DNA of 64,000 nucleotides from assembly GCA_963803465.1 (NCBI GenBank), contig CAWDMS010000008.1, positions 124,903-188,902 of the forward strand, in the 5' to 3' direction. This document shows positions 1-12,593 of this stretch, in pieces. Each line of letters starts with the position of its first letter. Positions within the stretch are counted from its first letter, which is position 1. The notes under the pieces were generated by a model, which searched no databases, was not told the DNA's origin, and saw only the letters and a list, made by a program, of their open reading frames with translations. Made by a program: the position numbers and the translations under genes. This DNA comes from an uncultured Actinomycetota bacterium (GTDB lineage: Bacteria > Actinomycetota > Actinomycetes > Actinomycetales > Microbacteriaceae).

Positions 1-600
1 CTCGACGACGTCGTCGTGCGCATCCCGGTCGTGGATCTGCAGCGCGATGCCGTGCCGCTTGGCGATGGCGATGTGCGCCTCGAACGACACGAACTGCGCG
101 CGCCGCCCGTCGTCACCGGTGCGGAAGAAGTCGAGGCCCGTCTCGCCCACCGCGCGCACGCGCGGCTGCGCGGCGAGCGCGTCGATCGAGGCGAGCGCAT
201 CGTCGAGCGTGCCGGCCTCTGCGTAGCCGGGCGCCTCGTTCGGATGGATCGCGACGGCCGCGAGCACGCGTCGGTCCTGCGCCGCGAGCGCCGCCGACCA
301 CTCCGACGACTCGACGTCGCCGCCCACCTGGATGACCCCGGCGACCCCCGCCTGCTCGGCCGCGTCGAGCGCCGCCCAGTAGGGGAAGTCCTCGCCGTCC
401 TTGATCTCGAGGTGCGTGTGGTTGTCGTAGATGGGCACGCCGAGCGGCACCGGCACGGGCGGCCGCGTCATGTCGCGCTTCCCGTCGTCGAAGCGCTCAC
501 GGATGTACTCGCCGCCCGGGAGCGTCGTCTCGCGGGGTGCGCCGTCGAGGCGGGCGGCGGGGCTCGCGGTGGGCACGGTTCCGTCGTGGCTGGCAGGCAT
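1..600 (-). CDS. tatD: TatD family hydrolase (3' end outside window)
   Basis: Manual translation (not in ORF track): DNHTHL, AVAIHPNE, AVGETGLD, LQIHDRDAH motifs; TAGGCT 6 nt upstream of ATG at 600; near metG/rsmI. Confidence 0.9.
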   Translation of the reverse strand, partial: MPASHDGTVPTASPAARLDGAPRETTLPGGEYIRERFDDGKRDMTRPPVPVPLGVPIYDNHTHLEIKDGEDFPYWAALDAAEQAGVAGVIQVGGDVESSEWSAALAAQDRRVLAAVAIHPNEAPGYAEAGTLDDALASIDALAAQPRVRAVGETGLDFFRTGDDGRRAQFVSFEAHIAIAKRHGIALQIHDRDAHDDVVE

Positions 601-711
601 GCCCCCAGCCTACGAGCGCCGCCGTCCGGCGGATCCTGAGTCGCCGCCCAGGTTGCACCATGGCGGCGATGCCACCATGCGTGGGAGATATCCGTTAGGG
701 GTCCTCCCGGC

Positions 712-1311
712 ATGCTTCGAATCCTCGCTCTGCCCGTCGCTCTCGCGGCCGTGCTCGCGTCGAGCGGCTGCACCTCCGCCGACGGCCCAGCAGCGACGGC
801 ACCCGCCGGTGAGAGCGCCTCGGAGTCCGGCGCGGCGACCGGTGCGCCGGCGTCGGGCGGCGCCGAGGCCGCGCCGAGCGCCGATCCGGATGCGTCGGAT
901 GCGCCGGATGCGTCGTCGACCGACGCGTCGGGCTCGAGCGCTCCGGAGACGCTCACCTCGACGCCCGTCCCCGAGGGCGACCCTGGTGTGCCGGGCATCC
1001 CCGACCAGAGCGGCGCCTCGATCGACGACGTGCTGCGCCTCGGCGCGGTCGCCAGCTGGTCGGAGCAGCCTCGCCTCATCGCGCTGTCGCTGCCCGCGTC
1101 GAGCAGCTGCTGGGCGTTCGCCGCCCAGGCCGTCGCGGAGTCGCCGACGCGCATCGTCGTGCGGGTCGAGCAGCCGCAGCCGTGCGATCCCCTCGACGGG
1201 GCGCGCACCTACTCGATCGCGGTGCCGGCGGGCATCGACGCGAGCGCCGACCTGCAGCTCGCGGTCGTCGGGCTCGAGCACGAGTTCACGCTCAGCCTGC
1301 CAGCGCGGTAG
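712..1311 (+). CDS. Putative lipoprotein
   Basis: Signal peptide with lipobox-like SSGC, Ala/Ser/Pro linker, C-terminal domain with SSSC and a second Cys. Confidence 0.7.
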   Translation: MLRILALPVALAAVLASSGCTSADGPAATAPAGESASESGAATGAPASGGAEAAPSADPDASDAPDASSTDASGSSAPETLTSTPVPEGDPGVPGIPDQSGASIDDVLRLGAVASWSEQPRLIALSLPASSSCWAFAAQAVAESPTRIVVRVEQPQPCDPLDGARTYSIAVPAGIDASADLQLAVVGLEHEFTLSLPAR

Positions 1312-1400
1312 CCGCCGTCGGGTCAGCGCGGTACCGCCGTCAAGACAGCGCGGTAGCCGCCGTCGAGGCAGCGCGCGGTAGCCGCCAGCACGGCAGCGCG
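1301..1400. repeat. Tandem repeat, 22-25 bp unit CAGCGCGGTAGCCGCCGTC, 4 copies plus partial
   Basis: Units start at 1301, 1324, 1346, 1369, 1394. Confidence 0.85.
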
Positions 1401-1413
1401 CGCCGGCCGGTCG

Positions 1414-1881
1414 TCAGTGCGCGAGCCGGGCGAGCGCCTCGTCGAGGCGCTCGAAGCCCTCGTCCATGCCGCCGTCGATGCCCGAGGCGATCATCGCGTC
1501 GCAGGCGGCCGTCGAGGCATAGGTCGAGGTGATCTCGAGCACGCTCCCCCCGTCGCCGAGGTCGCGGAACTCGAGCACCTCGAGCGTGGGTCTGCCCGGC
1601 TCCGCCTGGAACTCCCAGGTGTGGACGATGCGCCCGGCGACGACCTCGTGGTACGAGCCCCAGAAGCGCCAGTCGCCGCCCACCTCGACGGTGTAGTCGA
1701 AGCGGCCGCCGGTGCGCGCGTCGAAGTGCTCGATGCGCAGGTGCGAGCCTCGCGGCCCCATCCACTGGGCGAAGAGCTCGGCGGTGGTGTGGGCACGCTG
1801 CACGACGGCCGCGGGGGCCTGGAACTCGCGCCGATGGACGACCGACTGCTCGCTGATGCGCTCGTGCGTGGTGGTGGCCAT
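1414..1881 (-). CDS. SRPBCC/AHSA1-like domain protein
   Basis: REFQAPAAVV..WMGP..FDARTGGRF..GSYHEVV..IVHTWEF pattern. Confidence 0.85.
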   Translation of the reverse strand: MATTTHERISEQSVVHRREFQAPAAVVQRAHTTAELFAQWMGPRGSHLRIEHFDARTGGRFDYTVEVGGDWRFWGSYHEVVAGRIVHTWEFQAEPGRPTLEVLEFRDLGDGGSVLEITSTYASTAACDAMIASGIDGGMDEGFERLDEALARLAH

Positions 1882-1904
1882 GGCGGCGACCCTACCGCCC
1901 CATC

Positions 1905-1967
1905 CTCAACCGGCTAGTTGGCATCAGGAGGGCACTATCCCCTCGTGGGACCAACTAGCCGGTTGAG
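1905..1967. repeat. 63-bp palindromic repeat, subfamily B
   Basis: Perfect 17-bp arms CTCAACCGGCTAGTTGG/CCAACTAGCCGGTTGAG; sister copy at 29908-29970. Confidence 0.9.
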
Positions 1968-1996
1968 AATCCGCCGAAGGCGGGATGCGGGCGGGG

Positions 1997-3547
1997 TCAG
2001 GCGGCGGGCTGCGCCTGCTCGATGCGCGGGAAGAGCGGCGGCACGGTCGTGACGCGGCCCGTGCCCTGCCAGGCGTGCGCCTCGCGGATCGGCTGCGCGA
2101 GCACGTCGCCCTCGCCGCCGACGGCCGCCCACAGCTTCTGGGCGCTCTCTGGCATGACCGGCGCGAGCAGGATGGCCGCCGCGCCGATGCCGTGCACGTT
2201 CGATGCGAGCACGGCGGCGAGCCGGTCGCGCTGCAGGTCGTCCTTCGCCAGCACCCACGGCGCCTGCTCGGTGATGTAGCCGTTCAGGCGCTCGACGATC
2301 GACATCGCGGCGTCGACGGCCTCGTCGATCGCGAACCGGTCGATCGCGGTGTCGGCGCGACCCACCGCATCCGCCACGAGCGCCCGGATGTCGTCGTCGG
2401 CATCCACCGCCGGCACGACGCCGTCGCAGTACTTGTGCACCATCGCGATGACGCGGCTCGCGAGGTTGCCGAGCCCGTTGGCGAGCTCGGAGTGGTAGCG
2501 GGCGTCGAGGTCCTCCCACGAGAAGGAGCCGTCGGAGCCGAACGCGATCGCCGACATGAAGTAGTAGCGGAAGGCGTCGACGCCGAACACCTCGGTGATC
2601 TGGCGCGGCTCGATGCCGGTGGCCTTCGACTTCGACATCTTCTCGCCGCCGACGAGCAGCCAGCCGTGCCCGAACACGTGCTCCGAGATCTCGAGCCCGG
2701 CCGCCATCTGCATCGCGGGCCAGATGACCGCGTGGAAGCGCGCGATGTCCTTGCCGACGATGTGCGTGGCGGGCCAGCGGCGCTCGAACTGCTCGTCGTC
2801 GACGCCGTAGCCGTTCGCGGTGACGTAGTTGAGCAGCGCCTCGAACCAGACGTAGACGACGTGCGTCTCGTCCCACGGCACCTTGATGCCCCAGTCGAAG
2901 GTGTTGCGGCTGATCGACAGGTCGTTGAGGCCCTGCTTGACGAACTGGCGCACCTCGTTGCGCACGTGCTCGGGCTGCACGTAGTCGGGGCGCTCGTCGT
3001 AGAGGGCGAGCAGCCGGTCGCCGAACTCCGACAGCTTGAAGAAGTAGTTCGCCTCGCGCACCGTCTCGATCGGGCGGGAGTGGATGGCGCAGACGAGCTG
3101 GCCCTCGAACTCGCCCGTGCCCGGCACGAGGTCGTTCGGGGTCTTGTACTCCTCGCAGCCGACGCAGTACTGGCCCTCGAACTCGCCGTGGTAGATGTAC
3201 CCGGCCTCCTTGAGCCGCTCGAGGAAGATGCGCACGCCCACCTTGTGGCGCTCGTCGGTCGTGCGGATGAAGTCGTCGTTCGCGATGTTCAGCAGCTCGA
3301 GCTGCGGGATCCAGGCGGTCTCGACCAGCCGGTCGGTCCACTCCTGCGGGCTCACGCCGTTCGCCGCGGCGGTTCGCATGATCTTCTGCCCGTGCTCGTC
3401 GGTGCCCGTGAGCATCCACGTGTCGTCGCCGCGCATCCGGTGCCAGCGCGCGAGCACGTCGGTGGCCACCTCGTTGTAGGCGTGGCCGATGTGCGGCACG
3501 TCGTTGACGTAGTAGATCGGCGTCGTGACGGTGAAGCGCTCGGGCAT
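1997..3547 (-). CDS. metG: Methionine--tRNA ligase
   Basis: TTPIYYVN..HIGH, GTDEHGQK, CVGC zinc knuckle, KMSKS. Confidence 0.97.
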   Translation of the reverse strand: MPERFTVTTPIYYVNDVPHIGHAYNEVATDVLARWHRMRGDDTWMLTGTDEHGQKIMRTAAANGVSPQEWTDRLVETAWIPQLELLNIANDDFIRTTDERHKVGVRIFLERLKEAGYIYHGEFEGQYCVGCEEYKTPNDLVPGTGEFEGQLVCAIHSRPIETVREANYFFKLSEFGDRLLALYDERPDYVQPEHVRNEVRQFVKQGLNDLSISRNTFDWGIKVPWDETHVVYVWFEALLNYVTANGYGVDDEQFERRWPATHIVGKDIARFHAVIWPAMQMAAGLEISEHVFGHGWLLVGGEKMSKSKATGIEPRQITEVFGVDAFRYYFMSAIAFGSDGSFSWEDLDARYHSELANGLGNLASRVIAMVHKYCDGVVPAVDADDDIRALVADAVGRADTAIDRFAIDEAVDAAMSIVERLNGYITEQAPWVLAKDDLQRDRLAAVLASNVHGIGAAAILLAPVMPESAQKLWAAVGGEGDVLAQPIREAHAWQGTGRVTTVPPLFPRIEQAQPAA

Positions 3548-3655
3548 GGGGTCCAGTCTAGGAGTCGCCACCACGCCCGTGACGCCGTGCGTCGCACCCC
3601 GCGGGCGGTCGAGCCGGCCCGCGCGCAGCGCGCTGACCGAGTCGGGACCGCTGCC

Positions 3656-4474
3656 TCAGCTCGAGGGCTTCGCGAGCGCCGCCTGGTAGAGCGCGTTGCG
3701 CGGGTGCCCGGTCGCCTCCGCGACCTCTGCCGCGGCCTCCTTCAGCCGCATCCCGCCCGACTTGAGCCGCAGCACCTGCTCGACCGCCGCGTCCAGGTCG
3801 GCGAGCACGGGGGCGGCGCCCTCGATGACGATGACGATCTCGCCCTTCACGCCCTCCTTCGCCCACGGCACGAGCTCGGCGGCCGTCCCGCGCCGCACCT
3901 CCTCGTACCGCTTCGTCAGCTCGCGGCACACGGCGATCCGGCGGCCCGGCATGGCGCGGTCGACGGCCGCGAGGGAGTCGGCGATGCGGTGCGGCGCCTC
4001 GAACAGCACGACGGTGCGCTCCTCGCGGGCGATCGAGGCGAGCATCCGATCGCGCTCCCCCGCCTTGCGCGGCAGGAACCCGTCGAAGGCGAACCGGTCG
4101 GTGGGCAGGCCCGACAGCGCGAGCGCCGTGAGCACCGCGGACGGACCGGGGAGGCAGGTGACGGCGACGCCGGCGGCGACGGCCGCCTGCACGAGCCGGA
4201 AGCCGGGGTCGCTCACGGTCGGCATGCCGGCGTCGGTGAGCACGAGCACGTCCTGGTCGCGGGCGCGCTCGACGAGGGCGGGCGACGCCGCCTCCTCGTT
4301 GTGCTCGTGCAGCGCGACGAGCTGCGGCTGGGCCTCGAGCCCGAGGGCGCGGATGAGCTGCTTGGCCGTGCGGGTGTCCTCGGCCGCGATGATCGGCACG
4401 GTCGTGAGCGCCTCGCGCAGCCTGCCGCTCGCGTCGCCCAGGTTGCCGATGGGCGTCGCGCCGAGGATGATCAC
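3656..4474 (-). CDS. rsmI: 16S rRNA (cytidine1402-2'-O)-methyltransferase
   Basis: ATPIGNLGD, AAEDTR, DAGMPTVSDPG, RELTKRYEE. Confidence 0.95.
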   Translation of the reverse strand: MIILGATPIGNLGDASGRLREALTTVPIIAAEDTRTAKQLIRALGLEAQPQLVALHEHNEEAASPALVERARDQDVLVLTDAGMPTVSDPGFRLVQAAVAAGVAVTCLPGPSAVLTALALSGLPTDRFAFDGFLPRKAGERDRMLASIAREERTVVLFEAPHRIADSLAAVDRAMPGRRIAVCRELTKRYEEVRRGTAAELVPWAKEGVKGEIVIVIEGAAPVLADLDAAVEQVLRLKSGGMRLKEAAAEVAEATGHPRNALYQAALAKPSS

Positions 4475-4551
4475 CCGCCCAGGCTATGCCCGGTTCCGTC
4501 GGCGGGGCCGGGGCCGATGCGTCGCGATCCCCAGCTCGAGCCGTGGCGACG

Positions 4552-4679
4552 TTCCGGTACCGATGTGCAGGTCATGGGGCGCCGCACCCGCAGATCTGTA
4601 CCGGGAACTGCGTGGCGCTTCGGGTTCCGGTACCGAACTGCGGGTGCCCGGGCGCTCCACCCGCAGATCGGTGCCGGAA
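4552..4679. repeat. Doublet of 55-56 bp palindromic repeats, family D
   Basis: TTCCGGTACCGA...GCAGATC(G/T)GT(A/G)CCGG(G)AA units at 4552-4607 and 4625-4679; related doublet at 46840-46977. Confidence 0.85.
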
Positions 4680-4739
4680 GCCGCGGCTCGGACCGCGAGG
4701 CGCAGGGGCGGCTCGGGTTCGAGTGCGAGAATCGGCCGC

Positions 4740-6513
4740 GTGACCCTCCAGCGCGACGCCGACCCCGCGCTCGCCGGCGACGCGACGCCCGCGGCCGGCT
4801 CGGGGCCTCGCCTCGCGCGGCTCACCGACGCGTACGGCTCGCTCGAGCGCCGCATGGCAGAGCCGCGCATCCGCCGCCGGATCGAGATCGGCGCGCCCAT
4901 CGCCATCCTCACCCTCGCCGCCGTCGCGCGGCTCGTCGGCCTCGGGCACCCGCACCTGCTGGTCTTCGACGAGACGTACTACGTCAAGGAGGGCTGGTCG
5001 ATGTGGCAGCTCGGCTACGAGGGCGAGTGGGGTGAGACGGCGAACGAGCGGTTCGAGGCCGGCGACCCGGGCGCGCTCTCGACCGAGGCCGACTACGTCG
5101 TGCACCCGCCGCTCGGGAAGTGGCTGATCGGCATGGCGATGGCCGTGTTCGGCATGACCGACCCGTTCTGGTGGCGGCTGCCGAGCGCGCTCGCCGGGAT
5201 CGCGCTCGTCGGGCTCACCTACGCGGTCGCCCGCGGCATGCTGCGCTCGGTGGCGTTCGCGTCGCTCGCCGGCTTCTGGATGGCGATCGACGGCTTCGCG
5301 ATCGTGATGAGCCGCACGGCGCTGCTCGACGGCATCCTCGCGGTGCTCGTGCTGGCGGGCGCGGGCGCGCTGCTGCTCGATCGGCGCGGCTCCCCGGCGC
5401 GGACCGTGCGCGCGCTCGCCGGGCGACCGCGCCGCTTCGGCGCCGCCATGTGGAGCCGGCCGTGGATCATCGTCGCCGGCGTGCTGCTCGGCGCGGGCTG
5501 CGCGACGAAGTGGTCGGGGGCCGCGTTCCTCGCGGTCTTCGGGCTGTGGATCGTGGCCATGGATGCGCTCGACCGCCGCCGCGCCGGCTACCGGCACCCG
5601 TGGATCGGCACCCTGCTGACGCAGGCGCCGACGAGCCTCGTGCTGCTCGTCGGGCCGGCGATCGTCGTCTACGTCGCGAGCTACGCCGGCTGGTTCGACG
5701 GCGGCTGGGGCTCGCAGCTCATGCTCGAGCGCGCCGACCTGCGCTGGGGCGGTCTGCTCGCGTGGGTGCCGCTCGGGCTGCAGTCGCTGTGGGCGTACCA
5801 CGCGCAGCAGCTCGGCTTCCATGTCGGGCTGACGAACGACCACGCCTACCAGTCCCCCGCGATCCAGTGGCTGTGGCTCGGCCGCCCCACCGGGTTCAAG
5901 ACGCTCGCGGTCGAGGACGGCGCGTGGTGGATCACGGCCCTCCCGAACCTGCTCGTCTGGTACGCCGCCGTCGTCGCGCTCGGCTTCCTGCTGTTCCACG
6001 TCGGCCGCACCCTCGACCGCCGCGCGGGCTTCCTGCTCGTCGCGATCGCGGCCGGGTACGGGCCGTGGCTGCTCTTCCCCGACCGCACGATCTTCTTCTT
6101 CTACGCGATCGTGTTCCTGCCGTTCCTCGTGATCGGGCTCGCGTTCGCGCTGCAGCAGCTCGTGGGGCTGCGGTCACGGACGGCGCGCGCGGCGCGGATC
6201 GCTGCGGTGCAGCCGGGTGCGGTGCGGTCGGACGCGGCGCGGTCGGACCCGGCGACGGCAGATGCGGCGCCCGGCATCGACGCGGACATCGCGGCCGCGA
6301 TCCCCCCGCTGCCCGGCTCGCAGGTCGCGTGCCTCGGCCACCGGGGGCGAGCCGGCGGACGACGTCGAGTGGCGCGCCGCGGCCTGGGCGATCATCGGGC
6401 TGCTGGTCGTGACGAGCATCGTCGTCGCCGCGTGGTACCTGCCGGTCTACTACGGCATCCCGCTGCCGAACGACCTCGTGCGGCTGCGGTTCTGGCCGCC
6501 CAGCTGGCCCTAG
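4740..6513 (+). CDS. pmt: Protein O-mannosyltransferase (apparent frameshift near 6330-6350)
   Basis: FDETYY, VHPPLGKW, SRTALLDG, ATKWSG motifs; divergent from rsmI; C-terminus continues in ORF 6217-6513. Confidence 0.9.
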
Positions 6514-8282
6514 CGCCGCCGCCCGTAGGGCTGCGGCAGCTCGCAGACGAAGCCCTCGCAGCGGTAGGCGGCCGGTGCCGCCTTGCCCTCGAGCAGCGCG
6601 AAGCCCGCAGCGGCGAGCTCGGCCGCCTGCTCGGGCGAGGCGACGAAGGCCCCGCGCTCGCGGCGCAGGGCGGCGGGCGGATCGCCGATGAGCACGACCG
6701 TGCGCGGCGGCTCCGCGAGGAGCGCCGCGACGCGCAGCATCGCCGGGCCGGCGATGGGGTTCTGGATGGCGAGCCGCGCGTCGAGCACGCGGGCGGCGCG
6801 GTCGAGGTGCGCGACCTCGCCGGTGAGCGCGAAGAGCGCGTGGAGCGCGCCGGCGAGCGCCGCCTGACCGGAGGGTGCGTCGCCGTCGGCGTCGGGGCCG
6901 AGCTGCAGCGCGGGGCCCTGCGCCGAGACCTGCGCCGGGTCGGGGGCGGCCTCGAGGATGGCGCGAGCGGCGATCGCCCAGCGCGCCTCGCCGGTAGCGG
7001 CCGTGAGCGCGAGCAGCCCGCTCGCGAGGCAGCCGGCGTCGGCAGCGGTCGCGACGGCGGGCGACGCACGGCCGTCGAGGCTCGCGTGGACGAGCGCTGC
7101 GGGGTCGGATGCGTGGAGCTCGAGCACGTGCGCGGCGGCACCGCGGGCGAGCGCGAGCGCCGTCTCGTCGCCGTCGCGCAGCGCTCGGACGGCGAGCGCC
7201 TCGATCGCGAGCCCGTTGGCGGCGGTGACGACGAGCCGGTCGAGCGGTGGCCGCTCGACCCCGGCATCGGCGGGCGCGAGGTGCCAGCCGCCCTCGACGC
7301 GCTCGCCGTCGACGGTCGACTCGGCGTCCTCGGCGATCGCGAACGCGCCGCCGGGCAGGCGGAGGACCCCGTCGAGGAACGCGACGAGCCCGCGCGCGAC
7401 CGTCTCGCGGCCCAGTCGAGTGGCCACGTGCAGCAGCTGGGCGTTGTCGACGAGCATCCGCTCGAAGTGGGGCACCGACCAGTCGCGCTGCGTCGCGTAG
7501 CGGAAGAACCCGCCGTCGCGGCCGCGGAGGTGCGAGTAGCCGCCGGCCGCCACCACGGCGTCGTCGCCAGCGGCGGCGTCGAGCAGCCGACCGGCGAGCT
7601 GCGCGGTGGACGGCTCGGCGTCGACGTCGACGAGCGCGAGCAGCAGCGGCGCCTGCGGGAACTTCTGGCCGGTGCCGAGCCCGCCGTGCTCCGGGTCCTC
7701 CGCGCGCGCGACCGCCGCGAGCGCCGCCCGGACGGCGGCCGCATCCGGAGCGTCTCCCCCTGGGCCGGCAGCCGCATCCCGCAGCGCCTGCTGCACCTGC
7801 TCGGCCGTGCCGGCCACCGCATCCGGCTGCTCGCGCCATGCCGCGCCGATCGCCGCGAGCACGTCGCGGAACCCCGGCATGCCCTGCCGCCCGACCGACG
7901 GGAAGTAGGTGCCGGCGTAGAACGGCAGCCCGTCGGGGGTGAGGAAGACGCTGAGCGGCCAGCCGAGCTGGCGCGTGAAGGCGGAGGCGGCGCCCATGAG
8001 GGCGGCGTCGACATCGGGCCGCTCCTCGCGGTCGACCTTCACCGCCACGAAGCCCTCCCGCAGCAGCGCACCCACCGCCGGGTCGGCGAACGACTCGCGC
8101 GCCATCACGTGGCACCAGTGGCAGGTGGCGTAGCCGACCGAGGCGAACACCGGCACGCCGCGCTCGCGCGCCTCGGCGAAGGCCTCGTCGCCCCACTCGC
8201 GCCAGTCCACCGGGTTGCCGGCGTGGAGCCGCAGGTAGTCGCTCGTCGCATCCGCGAGCCGGTTGTCCCCCTGCGCCTGCAT
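6510..8282 (-). CDS. Thioredoxin-domain protein, YyaL/DUF255 family
   Basis: NRLA..S.YL..HA.NPV.W, CHWCHVMARESF, KVDREERPDVD, PHFERML. Confidence 0.92.
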   Translation of the reverse strand: MQAQGDNRLADATSDYLRLHAGNPVDWREWGDEAFAEARERGVPVFASVGYATCHWCHVMARESFADPAVGALLREGFVAVKVDREERPDVDAALMGAASAFTRQLGWPLSVFLTPDGLPFYAGTYFPSVGRQGMPGFRDVLAAIGAAWREQPDAVAGTAEQVQQALRDAAAGPGGDAPDAAAVRAALAAVARAEDPEHGGLGTGQKFPQAPLLLALVDVDAEPSTAQLAGRLLDAAAGDDAVVAAGGYSHLRGRDGGFFRYATQRDWSVPHFERMLVDNAQLLHVATRLGRETVARGLVAFLDGVLRLPGGAFAIAEDAESTVDGERVEGGWHLAPADAGVERPPLDRLVVTAANGLAIEALAVRALRDGDETALALARGAAAHVLELHASDPAALVHASLDGRASPAVATAADAGCLASGLLALTAATGEARWAIAARAILEAAPDPAQVSAQGPALQLGPDADGDAPSGQAALAGALHALFALTGEVAHLDRAARVLDARLAIQNPIAGPAMLRVAALLAEPPRTVVLIGDPPAALRRERGAFVASPEQAAELAAAGFALLEGKAAPAAYRCEGFVCELPQPYGRRR

Positions 8283-8328
8283 GCGCCAACGCTACTGCGG
8301 CGGCCCGCGAGGGCCGCCGGGCGGCGCA

Positions 8329-8751
8329 TCAGTACGGGATGCGCGGACGGCGCATCCGATGCCAGTGCACGCATGGCTGGGTGGAGCCGCGCCGCACGCC
8401 CGCGCACGGCGGCATGCTGTCGGGCGGCTCGGCCTCGAGCACGATGGTGCTCCCGTCGACGTCGACCTCCCGGCTCGTCGACCAGAGGTGCCAGGCCGGC
8501 TGCATCGCGTTGACGAGCACCTCGCAGTCGCAGTAGCCGCCGCTCGACTCCAGGCGCTCCTCGAGGCGGGTCGCCCGCGGGGCGACGAGGTCGCGGTAGT
8601 GCCCGGCGATCCAGAGGTCGCCGTTGCAGTCGTAGCGCTCGAGGACCCGGTCGATGTAGCACGCGAGGCACTCGCCGGGCAGCGGCACGAGCCAGGCGTC
8701 GAGCAGCTTGCGCAGGTAGGCCTCGGCCTCGTCGGTGATCGATCGCTCCAT
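8329..8751 (-). CDS. DUF2695-like Cys-rich protein
   Basis: ECLACY, GGYCDCEVLVN, C-terminal C.GVRRGSTQPC..W. Confidence 0.75.
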   Translation of the reverse strand: MERSITDEAEAYLRKLLDAWLVPLPGECLACYIDRVLERYDCNGDLWIAGHYRDLVAPRATRLEERLESSGGYCDCEVLVNAMQPAWHLWSTSREVDVDGSTIVLEAEPPDSMPPCAGVRRGSTQPCVHWHRMRRPRIPY

Positions 8752-8843
8752 GGGCGCACGGTGGCAGAGGCGGGCGCCGGCGCGTGCGGCGTGGGACGCG
8801 GGCTGTGGAGAGCGGCGGCTCCCGGCGTGGGAGGCTCGAGGGC

Positions 8844-9503
8844 ATGGACGCCTCCCGTGCCGTCGTGCCCGTGCCGATCGCGCATCCGACCGTGCCGCAC
8901 GTCGACGCGATCGTCGAGATCCCGCCGGGCGCGTGGGCGAGCCTCGTGCTGCTGCACGGCGCCGGCGGCTCGGCGACGCATCCGTGGATGGAGGGCGCCG
9001 CGCGCGGCCTGGTCGGCGAGGGCGTCGCCGTGCTGCGCGCGAGCTTCCCCAACGCGCAGGCCGGCAAGCGCCAGCCCGAGCGCGCACCGAGCGCGATCGC
9101 GACCTGGCACGCCGTCATGGCGGCGGCGGTCGAGCTGCTGCCGCACGCGCCGTGGGCGGGCGGCAAGTCGTTCGGCGGACGCATGGCCGCGGCCGCCGTC
9201 GCGGAGGGCATGCCCGCCGCGGGACTGATCTACCTCGGCTACCCGCTGCACGCGCCCGGCAAGCCCGAGCGCATCCGCGACGAGCACCTGCGCGACATCG
9301 CGCTCCCGCAGCGGTTCCTGCAGGGCACGAACGACCCGTTCCAGTCCGGGGATGCGCTCGACCGCCTGGTCGCGGACCTGCCGGATGCGCGGGTCGACTG
9401 GGTCGCGGGCGGCGACCACTCGTTCCTGGTCGCCGGCGGCGACCGCGATCCCGAGCGGGTCGCCGCGGCGCTCGCCCCGCGGATCGCGTCGCTGCTGCGC
9501 TGA
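8844..9503 (+). CDS. Alpha/beta hydrolase (KANL3/Tex30-like)
   Basis: HGAGG, GGKSFGGR nucleophile elbow, GYPLHAPGK, GTNDPF, GGDHS. Confidence 0.88.
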   Translation: MDASRAVVPVPIAHPTVPHVDAIVEIPPGAWASLVLLHGAGGSATHPWMEGAARGLVGEGVAVLRASFPNAQAGKRQPERAPSAIATWHAVMAAAVELLPHAPWAGGKSFGGRMAAAAVAEGMPAAGLIYLGYPLHAPGKPERIRDEHLRDIALPQRFLQGTNDPFQSGDALDRLVADLPDARVDWVAGGDHSFLVAGGDRDPERVAAALAPRIASLLR

Positions 9504-9547
9504 CGGCCCGCCGCGTGCGGCCCGCCCCGCGCGGCCCCGACGCAGAC

Positions 9548-9605
9548 GGACCCCTTGCTCACTGCCGGACCCTGATAGTCGGGTCGCGCAGTGAGAAAGG
9601 GGTCC
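9548..9605. repeat. 58-bp palindromic repeat, family C (solo copy)
   Basis: GGACCCCTT...GGACCC-N8-GGGTCG...AAGGGGTCC between convergent genes. Confidence 0.8.
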
Positions 9606-9660
9606 GCGGCGTGCGTGCCGTGGGCGCGAGTGCCGCCGGAGCGGCCGCGCACGTGAGCGG

Positions 9661-12426
<2,766 letters not shown>

Positions 12427-12437
12427 TCACCGGCACA

Positions 12438-12500
12438 CTCGACGTCGCGGGTGGTTGTGCATCGCGAGGTGCGGCACGAGCGACCACCGGCGACGTCGAG
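12438..12500. repeat. 63-bp palindromic repeat, subfamily A
   Basis: CTCGACGTCGCGGGTGGT...ACCACCGGCGACGTCGAG. Confidence 0.9.
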
Positions 12501-12593
12501 CCGACGCGCGGGGGAGCGGGGTTGACGCGCGGGGCGCGGGCCGCGACGGTGGCAGGCAACCGCATCCGACTGCGGCGTCTCGAGGGAGCGCGC

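Noticed and set aside
1301-1400. Possible mini-CRISPR array
   Set aside because: Units are nearly contiguous with only 3-6 variable bases, no spacers and no cas genes
1997-3547. Short MetRS lacking the C-terminal tRNA-binding domain
   Set aside because: Short forms are normal in Actinobacteria
1985-8513. Very long ORFs (1016 aa and 1605 aa) and similar Arg/Ala/Pro-rich ORFs across the track
   Set aside because: Shadow frames of high-GC genes, or read-through caused by the pmt frameshift; no recognisable motifs outside the real genes
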